64,000 bases of DNA from Takakia lepidozioides (lineage: Eukaryota > Plantae > Bryophyta): NCBI GenBank assembly GCA_030704615.1, contig CM060731.1:92752001-92816000 (forward strand), in the 5' to 3' direction. Position numbers and translations under genes: made by a program. Positions 25,301 through 35,723 of the stretch are shown in pieces; position 1 is the stretch's first letter; each line of letters begins with the position of its first letter. The notes beneath the pieces are model-generated. The model saw only the letters and a program-made list of their open reading frames with translations. It ran no database searches and had not been told where the DNA came from.

Positions 25301-27500
25301 AATCCAGCCTGTCTCATTGTATCTTCAAGGCCCTCTTGACTCTTTGGCCCCTCAGCAAGTTTGTAAGCTTCCCCCGCCATGCGTTGGGCCTCAACAATAT
25401 CATGCTGCCAAAAGAACCAAAACAGTTCATAACATGAACCAGAGGTGAATCTTGTCTATGGATGCAAAGAATGAAACTTGGTTAAGACATGATGTTACCT
25501 TGTACAAAATCTCTGTCATTGCATGGACTGTCAGGTTATACCAAGTCTTTCCTGCTTTCTTGATGCATTCGTCGTATTGCTCTTTCCTCAATACATTCTT
25601 CCATTCAGAGACAGGTGTAAGGCCAATCATATTGACCTTGCAAACCAAGTGCACAAATTTGGATGTAACATGTGCCCTCTCTGTTGCCCTGCACATATAA
25701 AATATGATCATTAGAAAGAAGATGTGTATATGTACATCCATTGAGCAAGAACATGACAACATTGAACATGAAAGTAAATGAAGAATAGAAAGGAAACTCA
25801 CACATTCACTCCATCCATGATGGACCTGAGGGAACCACGATTTTCAATGTCCGCATTGAGCACCCAACTTGTCACACAGACATGTCTTGACAAGTTGGCC
25901 CCATGAACTTCATTGATATAGGGATACCATGCTTGAAGCCTATGATTCCCATCCCAGACATGAAACATCTTCCCCCGAAGATGATGCAACTTTGGCTTGG
26001 ACTCAAGATACTTCTCAAACTCATCATTGACTATTTTCCAATGACTATCCCATGTAGAGATGATATCAGGACCTACATCTACAGTAGATCCATCAATCCC
26101 CTCAACAGAAACATAGAACACGGCTGCTCCTGGATGGTATCCAGAATAGAAGTCTCCTCTAAGCTTTAGGATGTCGTTGGCAAGGGCGGGCCTAACAACC
26201 TGCATAGAAATCATGCGACACAATGGAATGTCCATAACTCCATCCTCAATGAGGAGGGACCTGAAAGTTACATTCAGATCTTGTTTCTTTTCCAGAATAA
26301 TTGCCTGTTTGGCATCTAGAGAAAGAGGATCACTAGATGTTATATCCTCTTCATACTCATCTGCCCCCCAATGGAGCACCTTGAAAGATCAAACTAGGCC
26401 TATGGAAGCATGTGGAGTTGTGGAGGTGGCAACATAGAAGCTTTGAGATACTTGAATACTGTGATCAACCAAAATAGGGAAGGTTCCCCAAGCGTCTGCG
26501 CCGACGGAGGTGGCAGCCTCGACACTTTGGAGCTTACGTAACACAAGGAATATACAACAAAAAACCAAGCTCCAAGCATCTCCGCCGGCGGAGATGCTTG
26601 CATGAGGTTCCTGAAACCTAGGAGCTAAGCAAAAAAAGATTGTGCTCAATGGGTATGCGCCGGCGGATATGGCAGCCCAGCCCGCTCGGAGCATCAACAA
26701 CTTATGAGAATGCGGAGAAACAAAAGAGATGGAAGGGGGGGAGAACTTCCTGAAATATGTGAGCAGCCCTGCTGCACGGGTCTGTGTTGACAGAGGTGGC
26801 AGCCTTGGCGCTTTGGAGCTTCCGTAACACAGGGAATATGCAAAAAAAACCAAGCTCCAAGTGTCTCCGCCGGTGGAGACGCTTGCAGGAGGTTCCTGAA
26901 ACCTATGATCTGAGCAAAAAAGAATGTACTCAATGGGTATGCGCCGGCGGATATGCCAGCGCAGCCCACTCGGAGCATCAGCATGCGGAAAAACAAAGAA
27001 GATGGAAAAGGAGAGAATTTCCTGAAACATTTGAGCAGCCCTGCTGCACAGGTATGCGCCAGCGGATACGCCAGCCCAACCCGCTCGGAGCATCAGCAAC
27101 GTATGAGCATGCAAAAAAATAAACGGGATGGGAGTAGAGGAGCACTTCCTGAAACATGCGAGCATCCCAGCTCCAACGGTATGCGCCGGCGGAGGTGGCA
27201 GCCCAGCCCTTCCAAGCATCAGAAAAAACCAAGGGGAATGAGCTGTCTCCGCCGGCGGAGACGGTTGTGTGTATGTGTGGAGATTCGCAAACTTGTGAGA
27301 CTTGAAGTGACTTAGGCATCTGCGCCGGCGGATGTGCTAGATAAGGAGCAGCTTGGTGGGGCTTATGCGATGGCGCATATGCCTAAGTGCAGGTCATGAA
27401 AAAAAACAAAACTACAGCTTACCTTCTCCGTCCGCAGCTTGCCTCTACCACCACCACCACCAGCAACGCCTCCCCCTCGAGTGTCCTTCTTCCTCCCCAT
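22305..27500 (-). CDS. Predicted 10-exon ParB/Srx-like plus beta-class N4/N6 DNA methyltransferase fusion (~1105 aa; two 1-nt frameshifts in this copy)
   Basis: Manual GT-AG model: 27500-27423, 26379-25802, 25688-25499, 25404-24994, 24900-24620, 24480-23788, 23711-23377, 23262-23001, 22897-22684, 22578-22305. Phases close if 1 nt is restored at ~23824 and ~23465. Motifs HVWDGNHRLQAW, VDMIIVDCPTG, GSRILDLTAGTG|STFIAARESGRHVFGLEGD. The first and last exons are less certain. Confidence 0.85.
26490..27335. repeat. Degenerate tandem array with ~9 CGCCGGCGGA cores in predicted intron 1
   Basis: Cores near 26500, 26583, 26658, 26868, 26942, 27057, 27184, 27250 and 27323 within longer repeated units (TTCCTGAAAC, CCCGCTCGGAGCATCA). 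Confidence 0.85.
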
Positions 27501-27788
27501 CGCCGCAACAGCTCGTTGCCTCGGGGTGGTATAGTATAAGGCCGAGATGCGGCGCCTCCGTCTCCTCTTCGCAACGGGAGTCTCCAGGGTGTAGAGACTA
27601 GAGACGTGTTAAGTGCTTGTGTAGTTTGTGTGTGTTTGTTTGGGGGAGTGGCAAGGGATAATGTGCAAGTATACTAGACTACGTTAGTGTAGTAATGATA
27701 CCGGGTTAGTCATGTAGTAATGGCAACAAGTTTAACTGAAAAGAAACAGTTTATTAACAAAAAAGTAGAGGTTGTTTCATTGAATAGA

Positions 27789-27855
27789 GCATGGCTTGTT
27801 GGTAAGGTTGTGGTGTATTTTCCACTAGGTTGCGGGTTCAAACCTGCCCCCGCCA
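27789..27855 (+). other. Degenerate tRNA-like / Pol III box sequence
   Basis: TGGCTTGTTGG (A-box-like) and GGTTCAAACC (B-box), ending CCGCCA; no clean cloverleaf. Confidence 0.35.
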
Positions 27856-28566
27856 AGGAGAGCGGGGGGAAAGGGGGGCGAGGTTTGAAGGCTAAGGCCT
27901 TAAAAAGGCCAAATTGGCCAAATCTGAAATGTGAACATTTTTTATACACTCTGGCGTTAGTGTTTTTTGGACTACATGGGTTACACGTGGATCCTCAGAA
28001 GATGGTTGTACGATTGACATGTTACTTTGTGGCGGCGCCTTCATAATACAATATAAAGTAAGTGATAAAGTAACTAAATATTTTGTTATGGGTGTCTTAA
28101 TCAATTTATTGGTTTTAGAGCCAATTGTCGCCACAAATACTTGTACTCATTACTCATACATGAGTAATCAAAGAACAAATCAACATACATGTCATGGGAT
28201 TTGATTGTAAATAAATTGTGCCGTCTAGTGTGTCAGTTCATAGTTGGACGATTAATCAACGATTGGTTGTAAAATAAATGGAAACATGCAGAGCATTTAT
28301 GTTTCATATGCTCATAAGAAGAAGGCAGTACATTGGATTCTAAGATCTCAACAACGGCGCCGTCGTCTTAAAAATAGGGGATAGTCCATTTAGTTGTTTC
28401 TGTCAGAGAATAATATGGATGGAGCACATGCCTCAAAAAATTGGACCTTCTGGATTGATGATACACATAAGTAATGTAAGCCATTTAATGTATTTGCATA
28501 AGGTCTTGCAAGATGTGCGCTTTCATTCATTTTGCATCTTCTCTCAAACTTTGAGGGCATTGCCAA

Positions 28567-31500
28567 ATGTCTACACCAAAATATGCAGTGCTTTCATGTC
28601 CACCTGATGCAAAAGTGGTTCGTTATCCTTGCAATGGAAACAAGTGCATTATCCCAGAACCTTGGTTATGCAATAGATTCAAACTTGTTCCGGGTTCAGT
28701 TTTTTTGGAGGATGATGGAGATGATGATGCCTCCACAGTGTTGCTTCCAGTTTTCAATGACGGCCAAAAGCAATGGGAGTTGTTTCCAGACACTTTCTCC
28801 AAGTACCGTGTCACAGGTACGAGCTATACACAGTCACATGATGAGAGGCACACTTCTATTGCAAGAAAGAACGATCAAGCTGCGACAAATGGGAGTTGTA
28901 AATTGAAGGAGGAGGTTGCAGATTCGGCGAGCTTGGGGTCTCATAATTCGGATTGTGTTGAGGTTTCTAAGAGTGTATTTTGTGGATCTCAACCTTCCTC
29001 ATCTGCTCATACGGTCTTGCTTCACGACATGAAGCCTCGGAAAACTCCATTGGACAACACCACGTCTGATTGTTGCGAATCTGCGAGGGGTTTATCTTCA
29101 TCTCCACGACTAGCAGGGGAGGCTACATCTGCATTTCCTTCTGGTGTGTTGTCCATTTTGAGTATCTTGGCCATTGCTCGGAGGAATGGATCAAAAGGAG
29201 AGCTTTCTACCTTGGACTATAGTCACATTCCAGTGCATCGTGTTCGGTGTCTTCCTCGAGCTTTTGATGGAAAAGTGATCCACGAACTCCCCCCCGTGGT
29301 CAAACTACGTACGGACCGTGGTTCACAGTCCCTCCAAGGCATGGACCGCAAGTTTGATGGTCATCCTTGGTGCAAGACCAATACCTACAATATGTCTGGT
29401 GTTCCAGATCATGTGAAATGTAGTAAGGTTCTTTGTGTTGGAAAGCTCATATGTCAAAGCAGCACTTGCCCCTTCTTCAAGAAAGAAGGAGAACGGAATG
29501 ACCGCTATTGGGAAGGCAATGCAGACAAGGTGTTCATTGCAGGAGCCCAAGTTCCATTCAACCAGTTCAAGTGTAGTTTCTGCAAAGAAAGACCTTTCTG
29601 TGAGGCGCATTGTGGGGCAAGAATGTACTATGTCACAAGTTCCCTTCCAACATATACACGTGTTGCAGTTCACGTTGGGTTTCATAACCATCCATGTGCC
29701 AAGGGCGAGAATAGAGAGGCTGCGGAAAATGCATCAAGCATGATTCAAGAGCACGTTAAGATGAAGCCATGGTCGACCCCGGGAGCTATTTCCTTGTCAA
29801 TGGCCCAAAAGCTCTTGATTGATCGAGTTCTTGTGGCTGATGGCACAGAGACAGTACGTCTTGAGGGAGAGGCTTTGGAAGATATTCTTGAAGAGTTTGC
29901 CCATGTTTGTAGCCCCAATGTGAAAAACAAGGTCGCATCTGCACGTGTCAATTCCATCATGTCCATATTGGAGTTGAAGCGTCTGAGTACATACCATTTC
30001 ATTCACAGCAATCTCCTTCCAGGCCAGCATACTTCTCATCTCCCCCATGTTTTCAAGATGTCTGTTGCTGGTCCCGGGAGTGGTGTTGATCTTGTGCGTC
30101 GCATGAGTGAGGGGGATCTACGCACAAGTTGGGTAGTATTTGACCATGTCAAACGCATCAAGGATTGGACAACTCTTGCGTGTCATGTCTATGAACCATA
30201 TGTCAAGCGAATGATGACCATTGCCATTTGCGATATGAAAACAGAGGATGCAGATGCTCAGGTGTTATTCTGGGAGATGATCAATGAACAAGCAAAACTT
30301 GCTGGCTTGAACAAACCAAATTTTGCTGGCTTCATGGCGGATGCAGCAGGAGCGAATTGGGCTGCTGTTCGAAGGGTTTATGGATCTGATCCCAATGTCC
30401 CAATGGAAGGTAAAGAAAGAACATGTTTATATCATTGGGCTGAAAGCCTCCGAAGACACACCAACGACTATATCTTGGAGGACTTCCGTGAAAGGCACAC
30501 TCAGCTCTGTTATGAATGGAAAGATAGTGCTACCTTGGAGGATGCTACAACCACATACATTGCAATTCGGGCTTGGTGGCTCTCTTCAGGAGCATGCACA
30601 GAAAAGAGTCTGCCAAAACTAGATTCATGGCTTGCATGGTGGCACTACAGATATCGAATGTGGGGCCAATGGATGAGAGAGGACATGGATGTGGAGGCAG
30701 ATGCAGATATGCCTACCACTAATTTGTCTGAGGCAGTCCATTCTGCTTGGTGGAAGACAGCAGGCAATGGGAAAAAAATGAAGGTGGATCTATATGAGGC
30801 CACCATGCATGACATGTCACGAGCTCTTTTGCAGCAGGCAACATTTTACAGGCACACCACAGGAAAGACATGGGGGACGGGGCCCGACAAAGAGGAGCTC
30901 ATGTTGCGTCAAGCAGCTAGATCTAATAGCCCAGCAAAAATGGGTAAGGTTGTACGTGGCATAGTAGCTGGAACACCCATGCACACAAGGGGGGTTCAAT
31001 TGGAGGGAGACAATCGCACTATTCCAGTCAAACGCAAGTTAGGCGATGAGCATGGTGGGCCAAACGAATCTTGGAGGTGTGATATGAATGTAAAGACTGT
31101 TCCAGTGCGCGCCACTGGGATGCCCAGTCCACACCAGCCATCTAGGTTCGTCAGCTCCAAATCAAGTCATGACATTCCTAGTTCTTCGACTTTCTGTGAG
31201 ACAAATCCACATGTTGCTATCCCTCCTCAGCCAATGCAATGGGGAAATCCAGTGAGAGAGACACAAGACTTTTCCGATGCATTGTTCAGGATTCAGCGGA
31301 CAGGTCCTGCTTCCATGGTTCGTTGTTCTGCCTTGGTTGGAGTTTCCAAAGATAAATGCAAAGCGCTCATCAGGAAAGGTAAAGGAAGTCCTGCACCTTG
31401 CTTCACTGGCAAGTTACTAGCACCGAACATGAAAGAACCAAAACTGCAAGTTTTTTGGTTTTGCCCCACAGATGTTTTGTCGTGTGTTGGAGGGACCGTG

Positions 31501-32106
31501 CCATCCTATTGCTTGGGAAAACCGGGTATACCTAACGTGTGGCCTGTGAAGGTTGGAACCAACCTTACACAAGAAGAGGTGGACAACTTGACCCTTGCAG
31601 GTTTTCGACTAGTCCATCCTCCCAACGTTCCTGATCCGAACTTTCCTGTGGGACCACTTCCAGTGGAACAACATATGCATCAAGGTGTTGTCCTTCCTGT
31701 GGGTAAGTATCCCACTACACGCTATGGGGTGCGCATTCGGCGTCGGGATCCGACTCCTCGACACTTGAGTCGCCAAGAGTCAGCGGAGACTCTTGCTGAG
31801 GTTCGTGGATTCAGAAACGTGCCTCAGCCAGGTTATGGGAGAATTTACCAGCTACAAACAGAGGGATCTACCAGAGCAGGATTGGTTTACAATGTATACA
31901 TTGGTCAGTTTCCATCTTGTGATTGTCCCGACTTTGATGAGCTATCTGTCAAGAAGAAAAAACAAACATATCTACCTTGTAAGCACATGTACTTCATGTA
32001 CAACGTGCATCTAGGATGCGCCGGGGCTTATGAGATCCACCAACCTTCCCTTAGCCAGTTAGAGGTTAGGGCTATGCTAAAGAAGGACCCTAGTTCAACT
32101 TCTTAG
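28567..32106 (+). CDS. MULE/Mutator-superfamily transposase, 1179 aa (GCM/WRKY-like zinc domain, DDE core, C-terminal SWIM)
   Basis: Uninterrupted ORF. DGHPW...C-x4-C...CxxC...C...HVGFHNHP; D1 VFDHVK (~30140); D2 FMADAAGANW (~30335); CLYH (CxxH, ~30425); E in TTNLSEAVH (~30730); SWIM CDC-x17-CKH (31918-31986). Confidence 0.88.
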   Translation: MSTPKYAVLSCPPDAKVVRYPCNGNKCIIPEPWLCNRFKLVPGSVFLEDDGDDDASTVLLPVFNDGQKQWELFPDTFSKYRVTGTSYTQSHDERHTSIARKNDQAATNGSCKLKEEVADSASLGSHNSDCVEVSKSVFCGSQPSSSAHTVLLHDMKPRKTPLDNTTSDCCESARGLSSSPRLAGEATSAFPSGVLSILSILAIARRNGSKGELSTLDYSHIPVHRVRCLPRAFDGKVIHELPPVVKLRTDRGSQSLQGMDRKFDGHPWCKTNTYNMSGVPDHVKCSKVLCVGKLICQSSTCPFFKKEGERNDRYWEGNADKVFIAGAQVPFNQFKCSFCKERPFCEAHCGARMYYVTSSLPTYTRVAVHVGFHNHPCAKGENREAAENASSMIQEHVKMKPWSTPGAISLSMAQKLLIDRVLVADGTETVRLEGEALEDILEEFAHVCSPNVKNKVASARVNSIMSILELKRLSTYHFIHSNLLPGQHTSHLPHVFKMSVAGPGSGVDLVRRMSEGDLRTSWVVFDHVKRIKDWTTLACHVYEPYVKRMMTIAICDMKTEDADAQVLFWEMINEQAKLAGLNKPNFAGFMADAAGANWAAVRRVYGSDPNVPMEGKERTCLYHWAESLRRHTNDYILEDFRERHTQLCYEWKDSATLEDATTTYIAIRAWWLSSGACTEKSLPKLDSWLAWWHYRYRMWGQWMREDMDVEADADMPTTNLSEAVHSAWWKTAGNGKKMKVDLYEATMHDMSRALLQQATFYRHTTGKTWGTGPDKEELMLRQAARSNSPAKMGKVVRGIVAGTPMHTRGVQLEGDNRTIPVKRKLGDEHGGPNESWRCDMNVKTVPVRATGMPSPHQPSRFVSSKSSHDIPSSSTFCETNPHVAIPPQPMQWGNPVRETQDFSDALFRIQRTGPASMVRCSALVGVSKDKCKALIRKGKGSPAPCFTGKLLAPNMKEPKLQVFWFCPTDVLSCVGGTVPSYCLGKPGIPNVWPVKVGTNLTQEEVDNLTLAGFRLVHPPNVPDPNFPVGPLPVEQHMHQGVVLPVGKYPTTRYGVRIRRRDPTPRHLSRQESAETLAEVRGFRNVPQPGYGRIYQLQTEGSTRAGLVYNVYIGQFPSCDCPDFDELSVKKKKQTYLPCKHMYFMYNVHLGCAGAYEIHQPSLSQLEVRAMLKKDPSSTS

Positions 32107-34251
32107 TGACACATGAAATGCACAAAAAAGAACCTCTAACTTGTGCCGTTCATTTTCATGCATGTGACATGTAATTATCTTGTTACTACTTTATTCCAAA
32201 CATGACACATAGCATTTGTTAGTACAAAAGTTCCTATTTTGGTTAAAATGGAACTTGTGTACCTGTCATACAAGTTTTCAAATTATAGAACTGCTTGGCA
32301 TTACAAACAGACATGCAATGTGGTGGTTCCAAACATGACACATATGCATTTGTTAGTACAAAAGTCCATATTTTGGTTAATATGAAACTGTTTTCCTTGA
32401 ATACAAGTTTGCAAACTATTACTTTGGCCAGGGATCTTGTATTCTCTTCAGTTTAAGGTGGTGCATTAGTTGGAGTTAGTGGTCACATGCATCTTTGACC
32501 ATTGACTACTGATTTTGTTAGCTAAGATTTTTATTTTATTTTTTTCTATATACATATGATGTAACATTTGCATATGCAATAAATACGTCGTATTCTATGT
32601 TATATAACTCCACTGCATACAATCTACAATGTGTGCATACAAATTTGTCACATGCATATATAATAAGGGATTTTGTGCATGCATGCACGCAACCTGTGCA
32701 TATGGAATAGCAACCCCCCTTGAAAGAAACGCCAAGCGCATCCTCGATCATGGCAGCCTACTACGCACCCCGAATCCTACATCGTGTGGCCAGCAACCCA
32801 CCTTGGAAGTCCTCAACAAGTTTTCTCCATGCCCATCTTGCTCCCATCCCTCCTCCCAACCCACACAGTCAGCTCTTCCCCCCCCAACCTTCAATTATAC
32901 CTATGCTTTATCTGTCTCCTCGAGTACGCCCTTAAGCTACAACCCCCCTGTACTGCAGCCATACACCAACACATTTTACTACCTCACAACTCTCACACAA
33001 TACACTAGCATAACTCTGTCTACTATACCTGATTCTCTCCATATACTAACCCCAGCCAGCTCTATGACTCATTATACAATGACTGACAAACTTAGCTTTG
33101 GACTAGGTACTGTTTGTTGGATCGGCTTGGCTCGTCAGCAGCTGCAGGTGGCAACCCAGCGCCCAGTTCCAACCCACGGGAATGGCAAGGCAGAGACGGC
33201 TGCTGAATCAATTGCGCAGGACCACTTGAATCAACTGACTACGCGAAAATCGATCACAACACTACAACAAATTGCGGCTTTTATGACTCCCATGGGTGCG
33301 CAGTCATGACAGATTTGTGGCAGAAATGCCATTTGCAGTCGTAAAATGCTTTTGAAGTCATAATGCAGGTCTGGAGAAGGCGTATATGCGACTGCATGGC
33401 TTCGGACTCTGCGCAACACAGGTCAAACATGTTTGACCACGAATATTGGCATGGCAGATATGACTACCAGTCACGGTCATGGCTACACTAGAATGACGTG
33501 TGCATATTGCAAGACAGACATATGACTTCATGACTTTCACTCTAATGCATTATGCCAGATCATCACATGGATGAATCACTACATGACTACACGTGTCGAC
33601 ACATGCTTTTCTGGTTATATATATAATATATGAGTATTTATATCTTAAAAAAACGGAGACTCTTACCACTAGAATGAATTAAAAAAACCCAAAAAAAACA
33701 AAGATTTAAAAAAAATCACATCGGCTGGTAAGTGCACAGTGTGTCGCCCTTGTGGTTTGGGGTTCAAACCCGCTGCCCTTATCCCGTGTGTGGGATTGTT
33801 CGAGACGGTATGTCTTGACGTTGATCGTCCTGTAGGTCTTATGGCCCATAAATGAAGGCGGGTGAATTTTCCCCCTCCTCAAGGGCTCGTGGTTTCCTTT
33901 AAGAAAAAAAAAAAAAAAAAAAAAAAAAAATCAAAAAGGGGCTTTTAGGGTTTACAAAAAGGTTAAAAAACTTAAATAGTTGCCCATCACAGTAGCGTGA
34001 ACAGACTTAGAGCGAGCGGGAGGGAGAGAGAGAGAGGGTTGGGACTTAGAGCGAGCGAGCGGGAGAGAGGGCAAACATGCATGGGAGGCCCGCAGTTGGA
34101 TCAACCTTCGCATCTGGAGCAAGCAACCCTAGAAACGCTAGGGTATGTGTGCGAGGAGGTTTCGGCTGGGAGCCCGCCGTTCTTGGGAGAGTCAGCTTCG
34201 TCTTAGCAGGCCGTGTTTCAATCTCTACCCGCTCGGCCCTGATTTTACAGC

Positions 34252-34317
34252 ACGGAGCAGAGCTGGCATGAGTTTCTAAAAGATCCTTCACGATGGTGGG
34301 ACAACCGCAATCGCAAG
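34252..34317 (+). pseudogene. Captured exon: N-half of an OSB-type PDF motif
   Basis: TEQSWHEFLKDPSRWWDNRNRK followed by a GT donor; a second copy spans the retrotransposon insertion (~34696-34743 plus 47831-47843). Confidence 0.8.
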
Positions 34318-34743
34318 GTGTGGCTTTTTCTTAATGTACGATGTGAAGAGGTTTGTCCATCCTGCAAATGTGGGTTGGCTCTCCTGTTAGTACCATGATT
34401 TGGTATTCTTCCTGATGTTTACAAGGTTCTTGGGAGAGTTAGCTTGGTCTTAGTAGGCCGTGTTTCAATCTCTGCCCACTCAGCTGCACCGTGGTGGTTC
34501 TCACTGACCAATCCGACATTACCTAACTACAAACACAAGCAACACACACTAGAGGTCATCTTGGGTTCATGTTCAGTCAAATCCTCCATGGGTCATGACA
34601 CAAGGTCGAGGACAATGTGGCGAGGGCACCTTCTTCTTCGACCTATTTCAGCCTATTTTGCCCTCTCATCAGACTCGGCCCTGAATTTGAATCATGGAGC
34701 AGAGCTGGCATGAGTTTTTTTAAGATCCTTCACGAGGGTGCGA

Positions 34744-35684
34744 TATCGCGGGGCTTTTACTCACCCATCCCTTCGCTATCCGAGGCGGAAACTCCAAGAT
34801 AGAAGAGTTGGAAATCTCTAAGTACTCAGCCCGCTCAGAACAATCAGTCATGACCTACAGCTAGTGTATCATGGGGGTGTTTCCTATTTGTTTTCCTTTC
34901 CGCATTCATGTTAGCTAGCTACCTTACTATTGAGTATCAGTTTGCTCATCAACTCATCCATTCATTCAACAGCTTCACTCAGATCTCTCTACACAATGTG
35001 ATTGTATCGTATCAGTATCAGATTATGATTTATCAGGTATCAGGCCGAAGCCATTGTGTCTCTAATCTCCTCTACAATATCACTACAGCTTTGCATATAA
35101 CAAGCATTTACTAATCATCTCTCCTCCTTCCCCGTGCTCTCCATGCTTGTTTTCGTTCTTGCTCTCCGCCCGATCCCCTCTCATCCATGACCAAAAATTC
35201 CCCCCCTCGAGTGCTTCCAAGATTGATCCCCTCTTCTCCGTCCTTGCTTCTCCCTTTATCTTCCTACCCGTGGCTCTAACCGTTTTCCTCACTAACCGTC
35301 GTCCGTGAACTAACATGTTCCATTTGCAGGTGTTGTTCCCCACAGTCGTTCCCTGTCCTGCTCTCCGTTCCCTATGGTCGTGACAGCTGTGTCAAGCTGT
35401 GACTGGCTGTGTGAAACTGTGACTGGCTGTGCGATTGTGTTTGGCTGTGTCGAGCTATGACTAGCTGTGTGGCTGTGTCGGCTGTGACGGGCTGTGTTGG
35501 CTGTGATGGCTGTGTCGGCTGTGACGACTGTGACGGGCTGTGTTGGCTGTGATGGACTGTGTAACCCCCTTTTACAGTGTGCTGCTGTCACCCCTAAGGC
35601 TCCTGTTGATCTCAGTCTGTGCAAAAATTAAGGGTACCCTACAGATCCCGTAAAAATGTCTAAGTCCCTGGCAGTCCTCTAACA
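34744..35684 (-). repeat. 3' LTR
   Basis: 941 bp direct repeat of 46899-47825; the terminal TG reads TA on the + strand. Confidence 0.95.
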
Positions 35685-35723
35685 TTACCCCTTCCCCTCT
35701 CAAAAAGCCGTGTCCTCACGGTT

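Larger units (their letters stand above)
21352..32717 (+). mobile_element. Mutator-like (MULE) DNA transposon carrying a transposase and a ParB-methyltransferase cargo gene
   Basis: Imperfect TIRs (left GAGGTAGCCTATACTATATGC; right reverse complement GGGGTTGCTATTCCATATGC; shared ATGCA-rich ~100 bp); 9-bp TSD TCTTGAAAG (21343-21351) / CCTTGAAAG (32718-32726); MULE transposase inside. Confidence 0.82.

Noticed and set aside
26389-27319. 276-aa ORF and antisense ORFs upstream of the ParB exon
   Set aside because: Translations of the tandem array; better explained as intron 1, although an extra small exon near 26460 cannot be excluded.
26490-27335. CRISPR-like appearance of regularly spaced palindromic cores
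   Set aside because: The spacers are themselves repeated and variable in length, the cores are too short, there are no cas genes and the context is eukaryotic.
22305-27500. Bacterial contamination or a restriction-modification system
   Set aside because: The gene has nine spliceosomal introns, sits among plant TEs and has no adjacent endonuclease gene.
27789-27855. Functional tRNA gene
   Set aside because: Acceptor and anticodon stems do not pair convincingly; kept only as tRNA-like.
32629-33309. 226-aa ORF
   Set aside because: It crosses the MULE right TIR and the CACTA left TIR, so it is a chimeric chance frame.
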